DNA from: Mytilus edulis
Taxonomy: Eukaryota
Assembly: GCF_963676685.1 (NCBI RefSeq)
Contig: NC_092346.1
Location: 39,494,001 to 39,558,000, forward strand
Reading direction: 5' to 3'
Length of the DNA stretch: 64,000 bases
The stretch's first letter is position 1. The number at the start of each line of letters is the position of its first letter. This document shows positions 10,526 through 21,278 of the stretch, piece after piece. Below the pieces are notes generated by a model. It was given only the letters and a program-made list of their open reading frames with translations, was not told the DNA's origin and did not search any database. The position numbers were made by a program, and so were the translations under genes.

Positions 10526-11103
10526 ATTGGTATCGATTAGTATAGAAAAAAGTATGTACTATGAAATTTAGAGTGTGGTTACCTTTTCATAACTATCCAA
10601 TTTTGAACATATTTACAACTCAAGTAATCTTTTAATTGGTCTATAGATAGTTTATTTTGACTGACTTCTTGGATATCTATGTTAAATTTTTTAGAGGATT
10701 AATAATTATACTAGAATTTCTTTATGTACATCTGTTCAATATTATATCAATTTAATGCAATTAATGAGGTAGGTTGTTAAAAGCGTAATTGTGTTGCTCT
10801 GTTTGTTCATTTTGGGTTTTTTTTGTAAAAAAAAGTCTATTGTTCGGATATAAAAGCAACAATATTATTTTTCTTCTATGAAATAAGGTCGTGCATATAA
10901 TCAGGATTTTGATTTAAGTTAAACTCAATTGTCAAGTTGGTAAACTTTGTCGTTTCTTTTTGAAATTATGCATGTGAAAGGTAAATGTTTTTGTTCGTCC
11001 AAATTCTTAAACATATATATTTAGGGCTAGACTCGTCTATATATATTAGCGAGTATTATATATATATAAATAGATTAATATTAATATGTCAATATATATA
11101 TAT

Positions 11104-11570
11104 ATGATAAGTACGTCTGAACCAGTGACAACTCTACGACAGATTGTATTCAAAGGATCACCAGTGATGGTGATACAAGGCTAAAAAGCATTCTGCATAT
11201 ATAATTCGTCTAAATAACAGCTCCACAATGTTAGATCCTATAAATTTGCGGAAGCCAATTTTTGTTCTTCCACTGACCGGGATTCGAACTCATGCTAGCG
11301 GGTAATCGTAGTACCAAATCGCCTTGCACTATGCCCGAAGCGGTAGACCACTCGACAACCTAGGCTCGTCAAACATAAAGCTTTCTGTGGCCTGGTTAAC
11401 TTTCAGTCAGTTTTTATCTTGCGTCGTAACACAGTACATAAAATTTAAGGCATGAAGATGGAATATTACATATCAGCTGAAATATCTATCGCAGAGGATC
11501 ATACAAATTAATGAAATTATATGATAAGTACTTTTAAACCAGTGACAACACTACAACGGATTGTATCCAT
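11104..11570 (-). repeat. tRNA-derived SINE / tandem-type repeat (~417-bp unit)
   Basis: Pol III B-box GAGTTCGAATCCC (rc of ~11278-11291) and an A-box-like GTCGAGTGGTCTA (rc of ~11344-11356). The unit start ATGATAAGTAC..AACCAGTGACAAC is seen at 11104 and 11521. Confidence 0.6.
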
Positions 11571-12077
11571 AGAATTATATAAATGGATATTGTTAGTATA
11601 TAGTATAGATTTGGTATACGACACGTAATGTTAACTTTGCAAAACTTTAGGTACTGTAAACGGAAAAACAATAATAAACCTGAGAAGAAGGGTCATAAAT
11701 TTCTAGTGAATCAATTTCAAACAGGATCTATTTTCAAGTATTAAACTTTTATTTATTTCGTAGTTATGCATTCGATCTCACATATTGTATGTTACATTTT
11801 TGATTACTAAACCTAATAAGAATGCTTCAAATTGAAGAGTTTTCTATAATACTAGAAGCTAAATTTATCTTATTTTTAACGCGATGTACTAATTTGTTCA
11901 CTTTCATGCACCTTCTAGAATGGCCTCCCAGTAGGAGTATTCTTATCTTATCATATAGCGTTGAAAATCAGCACGTGCATCAAGATTAGATGCAACGTAT
12001 TTATGTATGGTTTGTCTGCTTCTATCGATTTTGTTTCGAACCATTGATGCTTTGTTTTATTGTACTGATACATGTCT

Positions 12078-13194
12078 TTTGGCAACCAACCAAGATGGCC
12101 GCCACAGCTAAAAATATATCATAGGGGTAAAATGCAGTTTTTTGGCTTATAACTCAAAAACCAAAGCATTTATAGCAAATCTGACAAGGGGGTAAAATTT
12201 TTCAACAGGTCAATTTCTATCTGCCCTGAAATTTTCAGATGAATCACAAAACCTGTTGTTGGGTGGCTGCCCCTGAATTGGTAATTTTGGGGAAATTTTG
12301 CTGTTTTTGGTTATTATCTTGAATATTATTATAGATAGAGATAAACTGTAAACAGCATTAATGATCAGCAAAGTAAGATTTACAAATAAGTCAATATGAC
12401 CGAAATGGTCGGTTGGCACCTTTATGAGTTATTGCCCTTTATAGTCAATTTTTAACATTTTTTTGTAAATCTTAGTAATCTTTAACAAAAAGCTTCTCCT
12501 CTGATACCACGTTGCGAAATTAAACCAAACGTGGCAACAATCATCATTAGGGTATCTTGTTTAAAAAATGTGTGGCGTGATCAGGTCAACCAGCCAAGAT
12601 GGCCGCCACGGCTAAAAATAGAACATAGGGGTAAAATTCAGTTTTTTGGCTATAACTCAAAACCAAAGCATTTAAAGCAAATTTGACAGGCAGTAAAATT
12701 GTTTATCAGGTCAAAATCTATCTGCCCTGAAATTTTCAGATGAATCTGACAACCAGTTGTTGGGTTGCTCCCCCTGAACTGGTAATTTTTTAGGAAATTT
12801 TGCTGTTTTTGGTTATCATCTTGAATATTATTATAGATAGAGATAAACTGTAAAAAAAAACCAATAAATGTTGACAAAGTAAGATCTACAAATAAGTCAA
12901 CATGACCAAATTTGTCAGTTGACCCCATTAGGAGCTATTGCTTTTATAGTTAAGTTTAACCATTTTTTCGTAAATCTTAGTAATCTTTTACAAAAATCTT
13001 CTCATCTGAAACTACTGAGCCAAGTTAATTATAGATAGATATAATTGTAAGCAGCTGGAATGTTCAGTAAATTAAGATGAACAAACACATCACCATCACC
13101 AAAACACAATTTTGTCATGAATCCATCTGTGTCCTTTGTTTAATATTCACATAGACCAAGGTGAGCGACACAGGCTCTTTAGAGCCTCTAGTTT
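12078..13194 (+). mobile_element. Helentron/DINE-type MITE fragment with ~510-bp tandem core repeats
   Basis: Two copies of CAAGATGGCCGCCAC.GCTAAAAAT... are present. The 3' end reads AGGTGAGCGACAC plus stem-loop AGGCTCTTTAGAGCCT plus TTT. Confidence 0.65.
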
Positions 13195-14712
13195 AGCTTA
13201 AGCGTTGTCAGTTTATTTTCTATCTATAAGTGTGACTGTCCCTCTGGTATCTTTCTCCTCCCTTTTACAATATATTAGGAATATATGGTTTGTTATAATC
13301 CAGACTTGCCTTTGAACAAGTTTGTCCGTTCTCATAAATTATTTTAGGTGTTAACACAGCCACAGTAACCAAAGGAAATGACGAACCCTAAAGGTTTTAT
13401 TGTAGAAATTACACGGCCGACACTCGGCTAACCGAGAGATAGGTCGGTTAATCTATATAGAGTATGCGGCTATATCGGCAGTGGGTCTGTTAATCGGGTT
13501 GGCTAAAGTCTGTTAATCAGGTGTTATCCTGAAAATCAGTGCAAGGTCAGCATGTTTCATTGTATAACTTTTTAATTATATTTATATCATAAAAACTATT
13601 TACGGCTGACAAAATGATTGGGAGTACTGAATCCAGTGCAGTAATTTTTTTTTTTCTAGCTTCAATAAACGATCTATAAAATGAAAAGGCGAGTTACTCA
13701 TCAGTAAATTTATACACATGTTATACACACAAAATGTACACAAAAATGACAAGTTGGTTGAGTTTCTTGCATGCAATCTTTTGAACATCGAAAGAAGACT
13801 AGCATTATGTTTGTTTACCATATTAACATCAATATGTGAAAAATCTACACGAAAAACTGTATTTTTGGTGACATTAATCAATTTTTAATAAAAATATGGT
13901 CTGTTAATGGGTCGGATGTATAAAACTCGGTCTGTTAATTGGTCTGTTAAGAGTTATGAATGGCATTACAAGACTAGTATAATTTAATTGTTATATGGAG
14001 TGTTATCTGAATAAAGAGATAGGCCAAATATTAGTGGCTAGAATAAATGGAAACAACACATGAACAATGAAACATAAGTTTAGACAATGGAATCTGAAAA
14101 TTGATTAAAAATATTTTAAAAAGTGTTAAATCAGAGTAATATTAATTTCATCAAAGAATGGTCGCATATATCATATGGATTCTGTTTCATTGATATGAAT
14201 GGCACCAATTTGTCATTTACATAGTTAACAAGTACATAAATCAGAGATAAACTTCGTAATGTTTTGATTTTTTTTTATCAAATGAACTGAAATATGTTTA
14301 TAATGCAAACAAATATAGACAAACCTTTCAACATCAACCTTTCTCTACACCACCTTGAAGGTCACTTGATAGAAAAACAAGCACGTTTGCGGACTGCAAG
14401 TCGGTTAAATGACTTACAATATCATTGGAATACATCATTACTCGAAAAATAAAATTAATATTATGCATTTATTGTGATTTACATTAATATAAAATTGTCT
14501 TGTTGTTACACATTAAATCAGCACCCAACACTTATTTAAAAAAAACTTACTAATGTCTATTTCTTGTTTAGAACCACGGTTTAGAACTTGGAACAAACAT
14601 TTCCTTAGGCGGCAGAAAATGAGAATGATGACTCGGTACAAAGGAAAAAACATACCGGAAATAAACTCCTCATAGATAACAGGATTGAAATTTGATATTT
14701 GCGCCTTATATT

Positions 14713-14759
14713 TACGCCAGACACGCGTTTCGGCTACGAAAAACTCATCAGTGACGCTC
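14713..14759 (-). ncRNA. Hammerhead ribozyme motif (retrozyme fragment, stem II mutated)
   Basis: rc reads GAGCGTCA-CTGATGA-GTTTTTCGTAGCC-GAAA-CGCGTGTC-TGGCGTA. Confidence 0.6.
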
Positions 14760-14822
14760 AAAAACAATGTTTAAAAGGCCAAAAACAAAGTTGAAAAGCA
14801 TTGAGGAAATACAACTAATACC

Positions 14823-15515
14823 GGCGTCACACATCAGCGTAAAGCTCCGGCGTGTTAAAAATCATTTACGCTGCCAATGTGCTTTAAGCGTGAATTGGGC
14901 GTACTAGAAGCGTACCTAAGATTAAACGTTTATCCGGCGTTGAAGAAACGTATGTTGGCGTATGTTGTATGCTTTTTTATGCTGCATAAACATTTCCTCG
15001 GGTTGTAGCGTTCATCAAGCGTATTTACTTTCCTTCAGTGGCTAGAGGTATCGGGGGAGGGTTGATATCTCATAAACATGTTTATCCCCTCCGCAATTTT
15101 GCGCCTGTCCCAAGTCAGGAGCCTCTGGCCTGTGTTAGTCTTATATGATTTTTAATTTTAGTTTCTTGTGTATAATTCGGAGTTTATTATGACGTCCATT
15201 TTCACTGTACCAGTATGCATATTTTTAAGGGGTCAGCTGAAGGACGCCTTCGGGTGCGGGAGTTTATCTCTACATTGAAGACCCATTGGTGGCCTTTGTC
15301 TGTTGCCTGTTCTTTGGTCGGGTTGTTGTCACTTTGACACATTCCCCATTTCCTTTCTCAATTTTACCTTTTTTATTTCGACGTATTTCAAACTTATGCA
15401 ACGCGCTTTGAACGATTGCAAAGCGTTACTATGGCGTGCAACTAAAGTATACCGACTTTGTCAGTTTTCTCTGTACGTTTGGTGCACGCTGGTCTATCCG
15501 CCAATGTGTGACGCC
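14823..15515. mobile_element. Nested MITE carrying a SINE-like insert (15040-15367)
   Basis: TIRs GGCGTCACACAT / ATGTGTGACGCC. The internal repeat is shared with 48520-48847. Confidence 0.6.
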
Positions 15516-16702
15516 AAAGAAAACGCATGTAATTTAACCAGCTGAATTGCAACACATGACAGATTCATAGATGTTACAGACTTTGAACAGACAAAAAAAT
15601 AAGGCTGATTGATAACTTGGCGTAAATAATAAATTCATGCAAATTCGAGCGGCCAATCAGTCCATATAACGCTAATTTGATGTGACACACCCTAAGGCCT
15701 TTTAATGAAATGCAGAGAAAATTTTTAAAAATAAAAGTGCTCTTTCTATAAGGATACTGTTGGACCGTATTGTATTTTTTTCGTCATAAGTACATCTCAT
15801 TGTTTTCAATGTGAAAATATAAACTCAAGGTAGTAAGACTATTGTCGTGGCTAAATAACTCTTAACTGACACAATTTAAATTGTCCAACCCATTAACAGA
15901 CTGTATTTCCCTAATATTCATTAAAATGTGGAATAACTCAACTTATATAACAATAATGAAATATTTATCAATGACAATTGATCTTTTAGAACCAAAGTAC
16001 TACTTTGTGTCCTTTAAATCATATCTTAAAATGGTTTTTGGCCTTTTATCTAAAATATTGCTTTGCATAGAAGCATAAAAACCACATACTTGCACGACGC
16101 CTTTTCGTTTTACTTAAAATTGCGCAGGCTATGCATTTTTTTTAATGGTGGAAAATGTTCTATGATATATATAATTTTGTCAGACACTTTTGTTTTTTTG
16201 ATGTGATTCTCATAATGTGCCAAAAAATCTGTATATTTAACAGAGTTTAACATCAACTTGTGTGTTTTACTCTTAACAGACTTTAGCCAACCCGATTAAC
16301 AGACCCACTGCCGATATAGCCGCATACTCAATATAGATTAACCGACCAATCTCTCGGTTAGCCGAGTGTCGGCCGTGTGGAGGTTCTCTGTGTTTTTTTT
16401 GTACAATCCAAGATTGCGGAAGAACACCCATACCACATTAACAGATGTATTCCTTATGCTAAAGTTAAGGACTAAGAGAATAAGTTTAATATTGATTCTT
16501 AAAAAGAAATAGTCACAGGAGATACAAATATCGTGTACTAGAAATCTTTTTAGGAAAGACAAAACATTTATATACGTAAACATATTTTGTTTAAATTTCT
16601 TTTCATTTTATTACAAGGTTTAAGAATAATTTAGTTCACCTTCCCACATATTATTTAACAGTCTCATGTTTATCCACATAAAATTGAAATTATCCTACTG
16701 CA

Positions 16703-18290
16703 TTTTTTTGTCGAGCCTGCGACTTTTGTCACAGAAAGCTCGACATTGGGATAGTGATCCAGCGGAGGGGCTAACTTCTTAAAAGTTTTATATTTTAGAA
16801 GGTGGAAGACCTGAATGCTTCATACTTTATATATGCATGCCTCATTTTATAAAGTTTCTGTCAGTCACATGTCCAATGTCCTTCACCTCATTTTTATGGT
16901 TCAGTGACTGCTTGAAAAAAAGTGAAAATGTTAAATTCTCTCTTATTATAAGTAATAGGATAACTATATTTAGTATAAAGTAAAATCACCAAAAAAAAAA
17001 ATGAATTTAGAGGAAAATGAATTTGTAAAGTCCATAATGACATGGCAAAAATAAAATACAAAACGCATCAAAAACGATTGGACAAGAACTGTCATATTCC
17101 TGACTTGGTACATGAATTTTCAAATGTAGAAAATGGTCGATTAAACCTGGTTCTATAGCGCTTACCCTTTCACTTTGATGACAGTCTCATCAAATTCCGT
17201 TATATTTACAATAATGTGTTAACTAAATAAACACAATAAATAAAATAGTCAAAATATGGGAAAGGCAGTCATCATCGTGTAACAACTTTAAAAGGAACAA
17301 TTTAACAGAACACAAAAACATCTATCTTCAAACACATTCATTGCTTTGCGTGTCTGACGTCAGATACATTTATCGTTCAATGTACATACAAACAATTTAA
17401 AAATTTCACATAGTCAATGTAAGCATAAAAAATCAAAAGTATGAAAGAATAAATTTCAGAAATAGACCTTTAAAATAGTATATTAAGTATGTGTGTACCT
17501 TGCAAGTTCCTCATGCACGTCATACAGTTTTCACTTGACCTCAACCTTATTTCATGGATCAGTGAATAAGTTTAAGTCCATATCTCAGATACTATAAGCA
17601 ATAGGTTTAGTATATTCGGTATATGGAAGCACTGTAAGGTGTACATGTCAAACTAGCAGGTGTTATCTGACCTTGACCTTATTTTTGAGGTTCAGTGGTT
17701 ATAGCTAAATTTTGGGTCTGGTTTTCTTATACTGTATGCAATATGTCTACTTTATTTGGTGTATAGAATGATTATAATGTGTACATGTCTAGCTGGCAGG
17801 TGTCATCTGATCTTTACCTCTTTTTCATGGTTCAGGGGTAGTTAAGTTTTTAAGTTATATATAGATCGATAATGATTGCAGGTACATGTACATTTGTACA
17901 AGGATAGATAATATTTTTAAAGGTTGATGTTAATAATTTATAGTGGGAGTTTTTTTCTCATTTGCTTTTTTCCCGACAAATGAGACTGTAAAAATTGGGT
18001 CCCCTTTAGTTGCTCCCCTGGGCAACTGAGGGTTGATGTAACAGGTGAATACTTGTTTTATATTAAAAAAACAAGTTTTTTAGTTATAGTCTTTTCTTTT
18101 ATAGTATATGCAATAGGTCAATTATATTTGATGTATGGAATTATTTAAGATCTATTTGTCAGTCGCTCAGGTTTTATTTGACCTTGGCCTCATTTTCACG
18201 GTTCATTGCTAAGTATTAAGTTTTTGTATTTTGGTCTGTTTTTCTTAAACTATAAGCAACGTTAAGTTTTCTTTGTCAATGTTAAGTTTA
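16703..18290 (+). mobile_element. Helentron/DINE-type MITE with a nested repeat (16977-17480)
   Basis: Starts TTTTTGTCGAGCC..GCTCGACA (palindromic subterminal) and has ~120-150-bp tandem cores. An inverted homolog lies at 53518-54710. Confidence 0.65.
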
Positions 18291-19187
18291 TGTTACAAAA
18301 CTTTGAATTTTTTAAATGAAATAAGGATTTTCTTATCCAGGAATAGCTGAACTAAGCACAACGTTTTTTTGGAATTGTGGGTGCTCAATGCTCTTCAACT
18401 TTGTACTTGTTTGGCTTTATTTCAATTTTGATCTGAGCGTGTTAAATTATACCCCTGGTATATACGTTTAATTCTTCTTTGGAATCTTTCAGAAAAAGTA
18501 GTAAAAACTGATGTACTAAAATATATACCAAAACCAAAACCAACAATATATTTAAGAACCGAAGCGCGTTTCAAATAAGCTTCTTAACAAGTTTTAGTTA
18601 TGTTGTCTTCAGGTATATCAAAGTACATCATCAAATTAAATGTAACTATTTAGTCTATCATTTCAAGATGGCATCTAATGTGTTGATATGTGACCCATGT
18701 TCTAGACTGAATAAATCCACGGACCCTTTAAAGTTTTGCACAGATTGTGACGATGTACTTTGTTCAGACTGCTCTACTGCTCACGGTGCTCTAAAGTTTA
18801 CTATTTCGCACAACGTTGTTGATGCGTCTGCATTAACTGACCGTGCATTCAATTTGAAACAAATCTGCAACGATCATGAAGAATTGCCTTTAGAGTTTTT
18901 CTGTTCAGATCACGATTCCTTTCTATGTTGATAATGTATGGCTAATGCCCATCTTACTTGTGGCAAGATTCTACCACTAGATGTCGCGGCAAAAGGAATA
19001 AAGTATACAGTCATGTTTGATGATATTTGTAAAGATATTGGTTCTTTATTGAAGTCGACAAAGGAGTTAGTAGAAGATAGAAAGAAGAACAAGAAACACG
19101 GAGGAAGGACCAAAGAATCGACACTACAAAAGATAACACAGTTCAGAAAAGATATTTATAAGCATCTCGACAAATTAAAAAAGAAAC

Positions 19188-21278
19188 TGTACGAATCACA
19201 TAAAGTTTAACTTAAGGGCGAAGAGATGAGTATGCGAGTTAGTTTGCATCATGTATCTATCTTTTATTCATAAAATCATATGGTCGCTAACAATCGCATA
19301 CTCATCTCTTCGCCCTTAAGTTAAACTTTATGTGATTCGTACAATTCTCAACTATAATCTGTCTAATAAAAAACAATGTGCATCCGTATGTAATCAAATA
19401 AAGTCTAGACGACGAAGCGCACGTCAAAGGCGAAACGTCACAAAACAGAAACGGGAAAATGTGTTGTTCAAAAGAGCGCAACGTTACATTAGCGCTTTCA
19501 TAAATAAATAGTAAAAACTGAGTTTCGTATTCTTACAAAAATAAATGAATACGTTAGTTAAACAATCAATTAATAATAAACTTATATTTCAAATTTGAAT
19601 ATTTCAAATCTTACACTCCCCACAATGAAATTACCAAATAATTTCTTAATACAGTTTGAAAAATGTAATACAATTTTGTCACCAATAAAAAATAGTTCTA
19701 TTTAGAACACTCGAGTAAGCATAGTTTATTTATAGGTCTCAAAATATGTGACTGACTAGTTTTGACCACGCAGCTACGGATGTGACCATCACGGCTCCTT
19801 GTGACCTCGACTATTCTACCTAAAGGCCATTGTCCTCTCTGTATACGTTCATCAGCAACTAAAACAATATCGTCTATTTCAACATCTCGTTCTTCCCTCT
19901 GCCATTTTCTTCTTTGATGTAGGGTTGGTAAGTATTCCCTCAACCAACGTTTCCAGAATTCATTCGCTAGGTGTTGTATTTGTTTCCACCAACGTTTTGC
20001 ATATATATCCTTTTTGTCAAACACACCTTGTGGTGTTGACGTGTTGCTCTTCATCAATAATAGCATATTTGGCGTTAAAACTGGTAAATCACGACAATCG
20101 TCACTTATTGCTGTTATCGGTCTATCATTCATAATACGCTCAGTTTCGGCCATAAATGTCAGTAATTGTTCATCGCTAAGTAGTTGTTGATTGATCAGTG
20201 CTTTAAAAATGTTCCTTGTTGAACGAATCATTCGTTCCCATGCACCACCGCGGTGACTTGCATATGGTGGATTAAATGTCCAAATAATGTCCTTGTGTAG
20301 CATATAATTTGATATAGTTGCTTTATTCCATTGTTCAATGTTTTTTCGAAGTTCGATTTCACCGCCAACGAAATTTGTTCCATTATCACTGTAGACTTTT
20401 CGGGAATGCCTCGTCTACTTGTAAAGCGTTGAAAGGCTGAAATAAAAGAATCCGTATTTAAACTGTGGGCTATTTCTATATGAACCGCTCTTGTTGTAAG
20501 GCAGGTAAAGAGGCATCCATATCTCTTAACAACTGACCGTCCAAGTTTAACGTTTAATGGACCAAAGTAGTCAACTCCGACAAAGGTAAAAGGAGGTTTG
20601 TCTGCAGTCATCTGTTCCTCGAGTAGGGGTGCCATCTGCTGTTTACAAAACGGGCCATGTTGTCGTTTGCATGGTACGCAACGATCGATAACTGTCTTCA
20701 CAGCACTGGATCCTTTCAATATCCAATATTTTTCACGAGAAGCTGCAAGCACCTGTTGTTTTCCCACGTGTCCCGTGGTTTCGTGATAATAACGGATGAT
20801 AAGCGTAGTCACGTGATGTTTGTTTGGCAGTATTACGGGACAAGTGCTTAAGTCATAATTTAGGCGCCCTTTTGATCGGATAAGTTCATTAACCAAAACA
20901 GTTAGTTTGCACCATGTATCTATCTTTTATTCATAAAATCATATGGTCGCTAACAATCGCATACTCATCTCTTCGCCCTTAAGTTAAACTTTATGTGATT
21001 CGTACAATTCTCAACTATAATCTGTCTAATAAAAAACAATGTGCATCCGTATGTAATCAAATAAAGTCTAGACGACGAAGCGCACGTCAAAGGCGAAACG
21101 TCACAAAACAGAAACGGGAAAATGTGTTGTTCAAAAGAGCGCAACGTTACATTAGCGCTTTCATAAATAAATAGTAAAAACTGAGTTTCGTATTCTTACA
21201 AAAATAAATGAATACGTTAGTTAAACAATTAATTAATAATAAACTTATATTTCAAATTTGAATATTTCAAATCTTACA
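19188..21278 (-). mobile_element. Internally deleted BEL/Pao LTR retrotransposon (integrase only)
   Basis: 364-bp LTRs at 19252-19615 and 20915-21278 (TGTA...TACA, one difference seen), PPT GGGGAG, PBS start TGGTGC, and a 5-bp TSD GAAAC (19183-19187 / 21279-21283). Confidence 0.95.
19698..20896 (-). pseudogene. BEL/Pao integrase (H2C2 zinc finger, DDE core, DUF5641-like C-terminus) with a 1-nt frameshift
   Basis: YHETTGH..CVPC, GVDYFGP, CLTTRAVHIE, SDNGTNF (after the frameshift at ~20397-20400), GGAWERMIRS, FWKRWLREYL, WPLGRI. Confidence 0.93.

Larger units (their letters stand above)
13412..16377. mobile_element. Non-autonomous TIR DNA transposon (CMC/Chapaev-like termini), ~3 kb, with nested inserts
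   Basis: ~105-bp TIRs start CACGGCCGACACTCGGCTAACCGAGAGA (13412-13516 / 16272-16377). The subterminal motif GTCTGTTAA is repeated. No transposase ORF and no clear TSD. Confidence 0.8.

Noticed and set aside
11270-11370. Possible tRNA gene
   Set aside because: A and B boxes are present, but there is no convincing cloverleaf and it is embedded in a repeat, so it is treated as a SINE head. The nearby CTGGTGA motif lacks the GAAA needed for a hammerhead.
18929-18934. In-frame TGA in a Cys-rich B-box, a possible selenocysteine
   Set aside because: It replaces Arg (CGA>TGA), is followed by TAA, and the gene has other lesions.
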